64,000 nt of DNA from Dehalococcoidia bacterium. Its GTDB lineage: Bacteria > Chloroflexota > Dehalococcoidia > Lucifugimonadales > JADFKI01. The first letter of the stretch is position 1, and the number at the start of each line of letters is the position of its first letter. The stretch lies in assembly GCA_963665605.1 (NCBI GenBank), contig OY762409.1, forward strand, positions 3,851,061 to 3,915,060, given 5' to 3'. Below the pieces are notes generated by a model that was given only the letters and a program-made list of their open reading frames with translations, did not search any database and was not told the DNA's origin. The position numbers and the translations under genes were made by a program. This document shows, in pieces, positions 1-8,767 of this stretch.

Positions 1-2
1 AC

Positions 3-2612
3 GGCGAATATAATGCCAGCTACTTTACATTTGAAGTGAAGTTCCCCGCGGTCGTGTCGGTCCGGTTGGATTCGGACGAAGATGGTTACCTTTACCTGCT
101 GGAGGGCGAGGATGTGAGGGGCAGAGTGCTGTTTGAAGACGATGATTCGGTGGGGCGTAACCCCAGAATTGAGGAGTCCCTGCAGCCTGGCGTTTACACC
201 ATCGAGGCGACAACCTACGCGCCAGGCATCACCGGGGACTTCGCTATGGAGATTGGAGTCTTCTCGAAAGCTGGAGAGGAATGTCTGCACGGGGAGGCAT
301 TGACCGGCCTGGACGAAGTGTATCTTTTCAACGATTGTGCCATGCTGCTTGACGCAAAGCACGTACTGGCAGCGGAGCCAGAGCTGAACTGGTCGGCCGA
401 TCTTCCGATGACAGAGTGGGAGGGGGTTTCGATTGAGGGTTCACCTCAGAGGGTTACAGGAATACAACTCTTTGTCAGAGGGTTGAAGGGCGAAGTTCCG
501 GCGGAGCTAGGGCATCTCTGCGGTCTTGAGGCGCTTGACCTGGGAGGGAACCGGTTGACCGGCGGGATGCCTCACTTTGGAAATTCCAGGGACCTTAAGA
601 ATCTGAATCTTGAATCCAACAGAATCAGTGGTGAGATCCAGCGAAGCTGGGGGCCGGAGAGTAAATTAGAGGAGCTCTATCTAGTAGAAAACAAGCTAAG
701 CGGCGAAATTCCGCCGGAGCTTGGGGATATGGAAAATCTGTCCGGCCTATTGCTGGGGCGCAACAGGTTGGTGGGAGAGATACCGCCTGACCTGGGCAAG
801 CTCGAGAATCTGGAGAGAATGGGCCTTGCCTATAACAGACTTACGGGCGAAATTCCTGCGGAACTGGCTGAGATACCAGATATGGATGAGCTGTACCTGT
901 CGGGCAACTACCTGAGCGGCTGCATACCGGATGGACTTCGGCAAGTTAGGGATAACGACTTCGATCAGCTGGGCCTGCCGTTCTGCCTTCCGATGTTCAG
1001 CGAAGCCTGCATTGAGCCGCTGCCGTCGGTGAGCGCTATTACGATTCGAGACACGTGGGATGAGGCGTGCGCTTCGAGCGGCAGCGACCTGCTTGCCCGA
1101 TACTACACGCTATCGGTGGATGAGCCGACTCTTCTGGGGCTCGGGCTTTCTACAGGGCATGGGGGCTACGTGTTCGTCCGCGATGGTGAAGGCAGGGATG
1201 GCCGCAACATAGGAGGGGCAGGCGATTCCGAGGACATCGTCTACACGGTGGTAAAGCTGTCTCCCGGGAAATATACGATTGAAGTAGCCGACGAGCGCTG
1301 GAACGAGAACGGCGACTTTTCGCTGATGGTGAGACTTCTGGAGGAGGTTGCGCCGCGCAACGAAAAGGATATCAGCGCTCTGATGGCCCTTTATCTCGCG
1401 ACCGATGGAGACGGCTGGGACAGGACGGACAACTGGCTGACTGGCAAGCCTCCTCGAGAGTGGCAGGGCGTGCTGACTGATAGTGCGGGCAGAGTGGTCG
1501 ATCTGCGAGTTGCGGAGAACAATCTGAGATATAGACTGCCATCGGAGCTGGGCCTATTGACCGAGTTGAGGGTCCTTCATCTTGAGAACAACGACCTAGT
1601 GGGAGAGATTCCCATAGAGTTGGGCAAGCTGCTAAATCTGCGAGAGCTGCGTCTGAACTTTAATGACCTGAACGGGCCGGTCCCTGTGGAGCTAAGTTAC
1701 CTCACGGAGCTCGAAGAGCTGCACCTCAACGACAATGACCTTTGGGGAGAGATACCTGCAGAAATGGGCAAGTTAACGAAGCTGAGGTACTTCCTTCTTG
1801 GCAACAACAGGCTTTCCGGTGAGATACCGCTCGAACTGGACGGACTGACGAATGTCACGGCATTTTCGCTTACGGTCAATCACCTGACGGGTGAGATACC
1901 AGCAGGGCTAGGGTCATTGGAGCACTTGATGCGGCTGGACCTTTCCCACAACCGCCTACAGGGTGAGATACCGGAGGAGCTATCGAGACTCAGTAGTCTC
2001 GAAGATCTCTCGCTGAGTTGGAATTTCTTAGGCGGGACGATTCCGGCAGCCCTGGGGGACTTGCGGAGCCTAAGGATACTTGACCTCACCAACAACAGGC
2101 TGACGGGGGACATACCGCGTGAATTGGGGAATCTCTCCAATCTTGAAAGGTTGAATCTTGGAGGCTGTAATGGGCTGACGGGGCAGATTCCTGTTGAACT
2201 TGGCGGTCTGGCGAAACTGCGGGAGCTTCACCTTTATACCAACAGACTCGTGGGGGAAATCCCAATAGAGCTAACTGGTCTTTCGCACCTGAGAGAACTC
2301 AGTCTCTACAGGAACAGGCTTACCGGGGAGATTCCTCCAGAGCTTGGGAAACTGACGGAACTCGAGATACTTTACCTGAGCTTCAACGAGCTGGAAGGCA
2401 AGATACCTTCGGAGCTGGGCGACCTGCATGAGCTGCAACAGCTGGACCTGGAGGAGAACCTGCTGACGGGAGAGATTCCGAAATCTCTGGCAGAATTGAA
2501 CCATCTGGTGTATTCAGACTTCAGACGAAACGAACTCACAGGGTGCATTCCCTTCGGTATGAGAGGTGTCATCGAGACCGATCCTGTGCTGCCGGTATGC
2601 ACGGCGCCGTAA
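3..2612 (+). CDS. Leucine-rich-repeat protein, 5'-partial (frame stays open to the left window edge). Two tandem modules, each a PPC-like beta-sandwich, an LRRNT-like cap and 24-residue LRRs.
   Basis: The listed ORF starts at a GTG at 36, but the same frame has no stop back to nt 3 (GEYNASYFTFEV...). There are 7 and then 15 repeats of L..L.L..N.L.GEIP.ELG.L. PPC-like segments end ...GVYTIEATTYAPGITGDFAMEIGV and ...GKYTIEVADERWNENGDFSLMVRL. Confidence 0.8.
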   Translation, partial: GEYNASYFTFEVKFPAVVSVRLDSDEDGYLYLLEGEDVRGRVLFEDDDSVGRNPRIEESLQPGVYTIEATTYAPGITGDFAMEIGVFSKAGEECLHGEALTGLDEVYLFNDCAMLLDAKHVLAAEPELNWSADLPMTEWEGVSIEGSPQRVTGIQLFVRGLKGEVPAELGHLCGLEALDLGGNRLTGGMPHFGNSRDLKNLNLESNRISGEIQRSWGPESKLEELYLVENKLSGEIPPELGDMENLSGLLLGRNRLVGEIPPDLGKLENLERMGLAYNRLTGEIPAELAEIPDMDELYLSGNYLSGCIPDGLRQVRDNDFDQLGLPFCLPMFSEACIEPLPSVSAITIRDTWDEACASSGSDLLARYYTLSVDEPTLLGLGLSTGHGGYVFVRDGEGRDGRNIGGAGDSEDIVYTVVKLSPGKYTIEVADERWNENGDFSLMVRLLEEVAPRNEKDISALMALYLATDGDGWDRTDNWLTGKPPREWQGVLTDSAGRVVDLRVAENNLRYRLPSELGLLTELRVLHLENNDLVGEIPIELGKLLNLRELRLNFNDLNGPVPVELSYLTELEELHLNDNDLWGEIPAEMGKLTKLRYFLLGNNRLSGEIPLELDGLTNVTAFSLTVNHLTGEIPAGLGSLEHLMRLDLSHNRLQGEIPEELSRLSSLEDLSLSWNFLGGTIPAALGDLRSLRILDLTNNRLTGDIPRELGNLSNLERLNLGGCNGLTGQIPVELGGLAKLRELHLYTNRLVGEIPIELTGLSHLRELSLYRNRLTGEIPPELGKLTELEILYLSFNELEGKIPSELGDLHELQQLDLEENLLTGEIPKSLAELNHLVYSDFRRNELTGCIPFGMRGVIETDPVLPVCTAP

Positions 2613-2791
2613 ATCCAGCATGTCCTTCACTTACTAAGCCTATATGACACCACTTTTCGGGGAGGATGAGTAACATGTAATGAGCCGTCCCCTCTATGCG
2701 GTTATGATGCAATGGAGGGCGAATTAATCTTGTGAAGGCACGCGCGATGTGATAACTTTTAGCAGTCATTTCTTCGTATGAGGTTTCGAGT

Positions 2792-4471
2792 ATGTTCGAC
2801 CATGATGTGCTTATAATCGGCGCGGGGCTGGCTGGCATGCGCGCTGCTCTTTCCGCTGTGGAGGCAGGCGCGGATGTCGCGGTCGTAACCAAAGTGCATC
2901 CGGTTCGCAGCCACTCCAACGCTGCGCAGGGGGGCATCAATGCCGCTCTCACCGACCGGGGAGACGATTGGCGGGAGCATGCATACGACACTATTAAAGG
3001 CAGCGACTACCTGGGAGACCAGGACGCTATCGCTGTCATGTGCCGTGAGGCAGGCGATGAAGTGATTTCCATGGAGCACATGGGCGTCATTTTCAACCGT
3101 GATGACGAAGGGCGTCTAGGCACTCGCGCATTCGGCGGTCAGAGGCAGGCGCGCACATTCTTCGTCTCGGATTTCACCGGGCAGGCGCTTCTTCATGTGC
3201 TGTTTGAGCAGGTAATGAAGGCCGGTGTTCGGATTTATGAGGAATGGTTCCTGCTGTCACTCATCGTCGAGGATGGCGAGTGCGCGGGCGCAGTCATCAT
3301 GGAAATTCGTAGCGGGGAAATCCATGTAGTGCGATCTAAGACAGTCATCATTGCCTCCGGTGGGCTTGGTCGTGTTTTCGAGCCGAGTACCAACGCTCTG
3401 ATATGCACGGGCGACGGTATGTCCGCCGCTTACCAAGTAGGCGCTTCGCTGATGGACATGGAAATGGTGCAGTACCATCCCACTACGCTCAAGGGTAGCG
3501 GTGTGCTGATCACTGAAGGCGCGCGCGGTGAGGGTGCTTACCTGCTGAACTCCAAGGGCGACCGCTTCATGGAGCGATATGCTCCGAATATGATGGAACT
3601 TGCATCGCGCGATGTGGTGTCGCGCGCCGAGCAGACCGAAATCAACGAGGGCAGGGGTATTGACGGCTGCGTACTTCTGGACGTGCGGCATCTTGGCGAG
3701 GCGGTCATAAATGAGCGACTGAGCCAGATACGCGAGATCGGCCGCGACTTCGCAAATGTTGACCTGCTACACGAGCCAATTCCCATCCGCCCTGGCATGC
3801 ACTACCAGATGGGCGGCATCAAAACCGATGTGGATGGCCAGACCGAGGTTCCCGGGCTGTACGCTGCAGGTGAAGCGGCTTGTGTAAGTGTCCATGGTGG
3901 TAACAGACTTGGCGCGAACTCACTGCTTGATACGCTGGTATTCGGAAGGCGCTCAGGTGAGCACGCCGCAGAAGTTGCGAAATCGAAGGGGCATGGCTCT
4001 ACAGTGTCCGACGCTTCCGCGGACGGCGACCGCCTGAATATCCAGCGACTTCTGGATAATGACAGCAGTGGAGAAATGTTCGGCAAGATACGGCGAGAGA
4101 TGGGCGACACGATGAACGAACATCTAGCCGTATACCGCGAGCAAAACGGCATGGAGACGGCGCTCGGTGATCTGCGTGGTCTGAGAGAGCGGTATAACAA
4201 CGTTGCCGTGCCAGATAAGAGTAAGACATTCAACACAAACCTGCTGTTCACCCTGGAGCTTGGCTTTATGATGGACTGCGCTGAGGCGATTGCGCTGTCA
4301 GCGATTGAGCGTAAGGAGAGCAGGGGAGCGCATACGCGGACTGACGCGCCAGACAGGGACGACGAGAATTGGCTGCGACACATTCTGGTGAAGCATACTG
4401 ACGACGGACCTGAGGTTGAATACCTGCCCGTGGTCATTACAGACTGGGAGCCTCAGGTTCGCAGCTACTAG
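2792..4471 (+). CDS. sdhA: Succinate dehydrogenase/fumarate reductase flavoprotein subunit
   Basis: N-terminal FAD dinucleotide fold (DVLIIGAGLAGMRAAL). SdhA/FrdA family motifs (HSNAAQGGINAA, HPTT, RGEGA, HGGNRLG.NSL). GAGG RBS about 9 nt upstream. Followed by an Fe-S subunit gene. Confidence 0.9.
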   Translation: MFDHDVLIIGAGLAGMRAALSAVEAGADVAVVTKVHPVRSHSNAAQGGINAALTDRGDDWREHAYDTIKGSDYLGDQDAIAVMCREAGDEVISMEHMGVIFNRDDEGRLGTRAFGGQRQARTFFVSDFTGQALLHVLFEQVMKAGVRIYEEWFLLSLIVEDGECAGAVIMEIRSGEIHVVRSKTVIIASGGLGRVFEPSTNALICTGDGMSAAYQVGASLMDMEMVQYHPTTLKGSGVLITEGARGEGAYLLNSKGDRFMERYAPNMMELASRDVVSRAEQTEINEGRGIDGCVLLDVRHLGEAVINERLSQIREIGRDFANVDLLHEPIPIRPGMHYQMGGIKTDVDGQTEVPGLYAAGEAACVSVHGGNRLGANSLLDTLVFGRRSGEHAAEVAKSKGHGSTVSDASADGDRLNIQRLLDNDSSGEMFGKIRREMGDTMNEHLAVYREQNGMETALGDLRGLRERYNNVAVPDKSKTFNTNLLFTLELGFMMDCAEAIALSAIERKESRGAHTRTDAPDRDDENWLRHILVKHTDDGPEVEYLPVVITDWEPQVRSY

Positions 4472-4536
4472 CTGTTCAGCGGTCGAACTGAGCGGGCGAG
4501 GCGGCTTCTCAACCGGCTCCTAAGAGGATGAATTAG

Positions 4537-5508
4537 ATGGAAATAACCTTTAGCGTCAAGCGATTCAACCCTGAAGATGGCAGCCACAGTGCACGGTTTC
4601 AGTCATACAAGTTGGAGTTGGACGACTCTGCCACGGTACTTGACGCGCTGATTCAGATTCGCGAGGAGATTGACGGCAGTCTGACTCTTCGGTGTTCCTG
4701 CCGTAGCGCAATTTGCGGCTCCTGCGGAATGCGCATCAACGGCCAGGCAGGTCTCGCCTGCAACACAAAGGTCATAGATGTAATGGGCGAAGGCGAGCCA
4801 ATTGTCGTAGAGCCGATGGGTAATATGCCCGTTGTCAAGGATCTCGTGACCGACATGGCTATTCACTGGGATAAAGTCAAAGCCATTCAGCCCTGGATGC
4901 AGCACAGCGGTCCTGAGCCGGAAGCGGAGCATATCGCGCCGAACGAGGACATGGTTCATTTGGCGGGGGTAATGAGCTGCATAATGTGTGGAGCCTGTGT
5001 GTCAGACTGCACATCTCTGGAAGTGGACAAGAACTTCGTGGGGCCGGCCGCACTCGCCAAGGCATATCGATTTGTAGCTGACCCGCGGGACGACGCTGAT
5101 GCCTCGCGCCTTGGCAGTTTGAACGAGTATGGCGGCATTTGGGACTGTACCCGTTGTATGCAGTGTGTTGAAGCCTGTCCCAAGGGAGTTGCGCCGATGG
5201 ATCGCATAATGTCATTGCGAGACAAGGCAATCGAGGCGGGATTCACGAACACTTACGGAGCGCGTCACGCTGAAGCATTTGCCAGTTCGGTGGAGCATAG
5301 CGGCTGGCTGGATGAGACCAGCCTTGTCGTCAACACGTTCGGCAAAACGAATTTCAAAGAGATGATCAAGCTCATTCCGGTCGCTGCCCGCTCATTCAAA
5401 GTAGGCAAGGTTCCACCGCTGATTCACAAGAAGCGTCCAGGCGCCGAAAACGTGCAGCGGATATTCGACAGAGTTGAAAACCGCGAAAAAGTTGAAAGTA
5501 GGAAATGA
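4537..5508 (+). CDS. sdhB: Succinate dehydrogenase/fumarate reductase iron-sulfur subunit, with a C-terminal extension
   Basis: 2Fe-2S cysteines (CSCRSAICGSCGMRINGQAGLAC) and two ferredoxin-type CxxCxxCxxxC(P/T) motifs (CIMCGACVSDCT, CTRCMQCVEACP). AAGAGGA RBS. Confidence 0.85.
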   Translation: MEITFSVKRFNPEDGSHSARFQSYKLELDDSATVLDALIQIREEIDGSLTLRCSCRSAICGSCGMRINGQAGLACNTKVIDVMGEGEPIVVEPMGNMPVVKDLVTDMAIHWDKVKAIQPWMQHSGPEPEAEHIAPNEDMVHLAGVMSCIMCGACVSDCTSLEVDKNFVGPAALAKAYRFVADPRDDADASRLGSLNEYGGIWDCTRCMQCVEACPKGVAPMDRIMSLRDKAIEAGFTNTYGARHAEAFASSVEHSGWLDETSLVVNTFGKTNFKEMIKLIPVAARSFKVGKVPPLIHKKRPGAENVQRIFDRVENREKVESRK

Positions 5509-6395
5509 AGTACGCATTCTACCCGGGCTGTGTAGCGCAGGGCGCTGCTCCCGAACTTTATAGCTCGACCATAGAAGTTTGCCGTCTGCTAGGCATTGAG
5601 TTGGATGATGCGCCTATGCGGAGCGCGTCTTGCACGGGGGCGGGTGTGCTTCAGGAGAAAAACCTGCGTCTTGGAGATACTCTGAACGCGCGCAATTTCG
5701 CGCTCGCGGAGCGTTCCGGTTTGCCGCTTCTGACGATATGCAGCACTTGTCAGGGCGTTATGTCGCAGGCGAATCAACGACTGACTTCAGACGCAGATTA
5801 CCTTTCGTCAGTCAACGAAGATCTCGAAGAAGAAGGTCTGGAGTACAAAGGCACGGCTGACCCTAAGCACTTGCTCTGGATTATTGTAGAAGATGTTGGC
5901 ATCGACAAGCTGAAGTCGATGGTGGTGCGTCCGCTGACGGGATTCAAGGCGGCGCCTTTCTATGGCTGCTACCTGGTGCGCCCAAGTTCGGCGCTGGGAT
6001 TCGCGGAGAACCCGGAACGGTCGGATGCGCTCGAGCAGGTGATCGAGGCTCTGGGCGCAACAGTAGTTGACTTTCCCGGCAAGAATCTCTGCTGCGGCTT
6101 CCCGATTCTGACTATTAACCAGACGAATTCGCTGAAGATGGTGTCAAATCATACTTTGGACGCGAAAGACAGGGGGGCGGATGCTATGGTGACTCCTTGC
6201 CCGCTCTGCCACCTTAATCTCGACGGTTATCAGCCGGAAGCGGCGAAGCAGGCTCAGCAGCCGATTGATCTGCCAATCATGCACCTGCCGCAGATGATCG
6301 GTCTCGCGCTGGGCATAGATCCAGCTGCGATGCGCCTGAACAAGCACATCGTCTCCACGCAAAAGATGCTTTCCACGATAGGTGTGTCGCCTTAG
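5505..6395 (+). CDS. Cysteine-rich CCG-domain (HdrB-like) subunit, the non-classical anchor of a type-E succinate:quinone oxidoreductase
   Basis: The ATG overlaps the sdhB stop (ATGA), suggesting translational coupling. Two Cys-rich halves (YPGC...CTGAG...CSTCQ and FYGC...LCCGFP...PCPLCH) are typical of CCG domains. Confidence 0.75.
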   Translation: MKYAFYPGCVAQGAAPELYSSTIEVCRLLGIELDDAPMRSASCTGAGVLQEKNLRLGDTLNARNFALAERSGLPLLTICSTCQGVMSQANQRLTSDADYLSSVNEDLEEEGLEYKGTADPKHLLWIIVEDVGIDKLKSMVVRPLTGFKAAPFYGCYLVRPSSALGFAENPERSDALEQVIEALGATVVDFPGKNLCCGFPILTINQTNSLKMVSNHTLDAKDRGADAMVTPCPLCHLNLDGYQPEAAKQAQQPIDLPIMHLPQMIGLALGIDPAAMRLNKHIVSTQKMLSTIGVSP

Positions 6396-6571
6396 GTTCC
6401 GCACACCTCGTCGATTAGTTCCTCTGCCCATGCCTTGAGTTCGTCGTAAATGTCTTCGCCACAGCGGGGGCATTCCAGGTCGCCAAAGCGCACTCTGACG
6501 CCGCACTCTGGGCAATTCTGTGGATTCGCAAGGGCGTTCATCACTAGCTGTATTTGCTCTTCATTTGCCAT
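6392..6571 (-). CDS. Small zinc-ribbon protein, function unknown
   Basis: Two CxxC pairs (CPECG...CPRCG). I chose the internal ATG (MANEEQ...) with AGGA upstream, because the longer listed ORF (to 6646) would overlap the upstream gene. Confidence 0.45.
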   Translation of the reverse strand: MANEEQIQLVMNALANPQNCPECGVRVRFGDLECPRCGEDIYDELKAWAEELIDEVCGT

Positions 6572-6615
6572 GATTGTGGTCAATCCTCGAGTTACTAGAC
6601 TCTTTCTCAATTGAT

Positions 6616-7641
6616 CTACTGCAAGGGCAGGGGTGGTTGCAGCCACTTGCCCGTGCGGTTAACTTCTATCTCGGTTATCCACTTCACCCACTCGAAGCCA
6701 CGCTTGTCGTGAGCTACGAGGCGAGCTGGGAACCCGTGTCCATGTGATAGCGTTTCACCGCCTACATGTGTAGCGATAATGTAACTATTGGCCTCCCTCA
6801 TGGAGAACTTCCGGTAGTAACCTGTCACCGAACGCACGGTAACGCTGGCGGCGTCACCTATGGGGTTGACCGTCTCCAGGAGGTCGGATAGAGGCGTGCC
6901 ACTCCAGATTTGCGTAGAATGCCAACCACCGGTGCAGTCTATGGTTGCGGTGAGTTCCTTGTTGGGGGACAAGTCCTCATATTTCAGGCTTACGGGGTTT
7001 GCTACGGCACCTCCAATATTCAGTTGCCACTCTTCCTCATGGATTCGCCTGGGGTTGTCATTTAGCCATGATGTTAGCGGAAATGCGTTACCAGAGTAGC
7101 TCGTTGCCTCGTAGGATCCTGTGAATCGCCTCGACGCTCCGCTGAGTCCGCCAATGCTCGCTGCGACTTCGCCTGCACGCCACAGTGCAATACCCACTAT
7201 CGTCAGCCCGGCGAATCGCAGAAATGTGCGTCTGTCCGCCCAGAAGCGCAGCGGGAAACCGCGGGTGTGATATAGGGCGTGCCAGACAAGAATCGGGACT
7301 AGCGCGCCACCGATGTAAATGTGCCAACTCACCCCGCTGAACAGCCAGAATGATATGGGGCCAACGAATGACCAGACGAAACCGAGCGCCAGAGTTGCGG
7401 TCAATGCAATCGCCAGTACGACAGATGCGATCCTCGGAGTCGCGCTTCGCGGCCAACGTAGAGAACGCACAACATTGGCCAATTTCCAGACGAGAACGGC
7501 GATGATGCCCCAACCACTAATTCTGTGCGCGAGTATGAATATTGCCTCGTCGGGTGAGCCGGACACAAGCCCAAAGAAGCCGCTGACCAGTTCGACGGCT
7601 ATCAGAACGAGCAGGAGCGTGTTCGCCCAGGGATATTTCAT
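6616..7641 (-). CDS. Molybdopterin-dependent oxidoreductase (sulfite-oxidase/MsrP-type Mo domain) fused to an N-terminal multi-pass membrane domain
   Basis: The first ~150 aa are hydrophobic helices containing conserved-looking His residues. The C-terminal part matches the Mo-binding domain pattern (IDCTGGWHS...W.G.PL..LL...GYY..F...EA......HVGGE.L...HGFP.RLV...RGFEWVKW...IEV). Confidence 0.75.
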   Translation of the reverse strand: MKYPWANTLLLVLIAVELVSGFFGLVSGSPDEAIFILAHRISGWGIIAVLVWKLANVVRSLRWPRSATPRIASVVLAIALTATLALGFVWSFVGPISFWLFSGVSWHIYIGGALVPILVWHALYHTRGFPLRFWADRRTFLRFAGLTIVGIALWRAGEVAASIGGLSGASRRFTGSYEATSYSGNAFPLTSWLNDNPRRIHEEEWQLNIGGAVANPVSLKYEDLSPNKELTATIDCTGGWHSTQIWSGTPLSDLLETVNPIGDAASVTVRSVTGYYRKFSMREANSYIIATHVGGETLSHGHGFPARLVAHDKRGFEWVKWITEIEVNRTGKWLQPPLPLQ

Positions 7642-7729
7642 GCCGCACTCTTTTCAATGCGCAGAGCGGATTCGGCGTGGCTATCGTATCTCCGGCATCT
7701 GTATGTCCAATTCGCGGAGAAGACTCAAT

Positions 7730-8665
7730 CTAACTTTCGTTGGAAGCCATCACTTCGACGAGTTCCTGCACGGCGTCCGCAGAGTGCTTCAGGGCAGCCA
7801 TCTCATCGTCGTTCAGATCGAACTCAACAACCTCTACGACGCCCCCGCTGCCGAGTTTCACGGGAACGCCGACAAATAGATCGTTGATGCCGTATTCCCC
7901 TTGTAGGAGGGCAGTGCAGGGCAGAATTTCGTTCTTATCGAATAGGATTGCCTCGACCATCTGAACAATTGATGCGGACGGTGCGTAGTAGGCGCTTCCT
8001 GTCTTCAGGTAGTTGACGATCTCGGCTCCGCCGTCGCGTGTGCGCTGCACTATTTCCTCAAGACGGTCGGCCTCGATTAGGTTGGCAACGGGAATTCCTC
8101 CGACAGTGGTGCTGCCGACTACGGGCACCATTGTGTCGCCGTGGCCGCCGAGCACATACGCCTCTATTGAGTTCACCGACACGCTCAGTTCTTCGGCAAG
8201 GAATGTACGGAATCGCCCGGTGTCGAGGATGCCCGCCATACCAACGACGCGGCTCTTCGGGAATCCGCTGACTTGGTATGCGCGCTGGGCCATAGCGTCA
8301 AGCGGATTTGTTACCGGCAAGATAACGCAGTCCGGCGAATGCTTTGCGACCTCTGATACGACACTGCTGACGATCCGCATATTCGTCAGGAGGAGGTCGT
8401 CGCGGCTCATACCGGGTCTGCGCGCGATTCCCGAAGTTATCACTACGATGTCCGAGCCGGCGGTTTCCTCGTAGCCGTTGGTGCCGACAATGGAAGCGTC
8501 CGAGCCGAGCACCGGTCCCGACTCCTGGATGTCGAGCGCCTTGCCCTGAGGCAATCCCTCAACGATGTCCACCAATACTACATCGGCATAGCCTCTATCG
8601 AATATGCGCTGTGCGGCGGTCGCGCCGACATTGCCCGCACCCACAACCGTTACTTTACTTCTCAT
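7730..8665 (-). CDS. mdh: Malate dehydrogenase (LDH-like NAD-dependent type)
   Basis: [13 protein letters not shown] Rossmann motif and LDH/MDH family body. Start set at the ATG at 8665 (MRSKVTVVG) with a GGGAGA RBS; the listed ORF begins 12 codons earlier. Confidence 0.9.
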   Translation of the reverse strand: MRSKVTVVGAGNVGATAAQRIFDRGYADVVLVDIVEGLPQGKALDIQESGPVLGSDASIVGTNGYEETAGSDIVVITSGIARRPGMSRDDLLLTNMRIVSSVVSEVAKHSPDCVILPVTNPLDAMAQRAYQVSGFPKSRVVGMAGILDTGRFRTFLAEELSVSVNSIEAYVLGGHGDTMVPVVGSTTVGGIPVANLIEADRLEEIVQRTRDGGAEIVNYLKTGSAYYAPSASIVQMVEAILFDKNEILPCTALLQGEYGINDLFVGVPVKLGSGGVVEVVEFDLNDDEMAALKHSADAVQELVEVMASNES

Positions 8666-8767
8666 TGGATATATTCTCCCGAAATGAGTTGCATGTCTCA
8701 AACAATGCCCCCTTGCAGCGCAATAGACCTGTGCTCAAGGGGGCTGGCTTCTTCATAGTAAATGGAT

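Noticed and set aside
1536-2520. Regular ~72-nt periodicity that could be mistaken for a repeat array
   Set aside because: The periodicity is the 24-codon LRR unit of an uninterrupted ORF. The repeats are diverged at the DNA level and there are no spacers, so this is not CRISPR-like.
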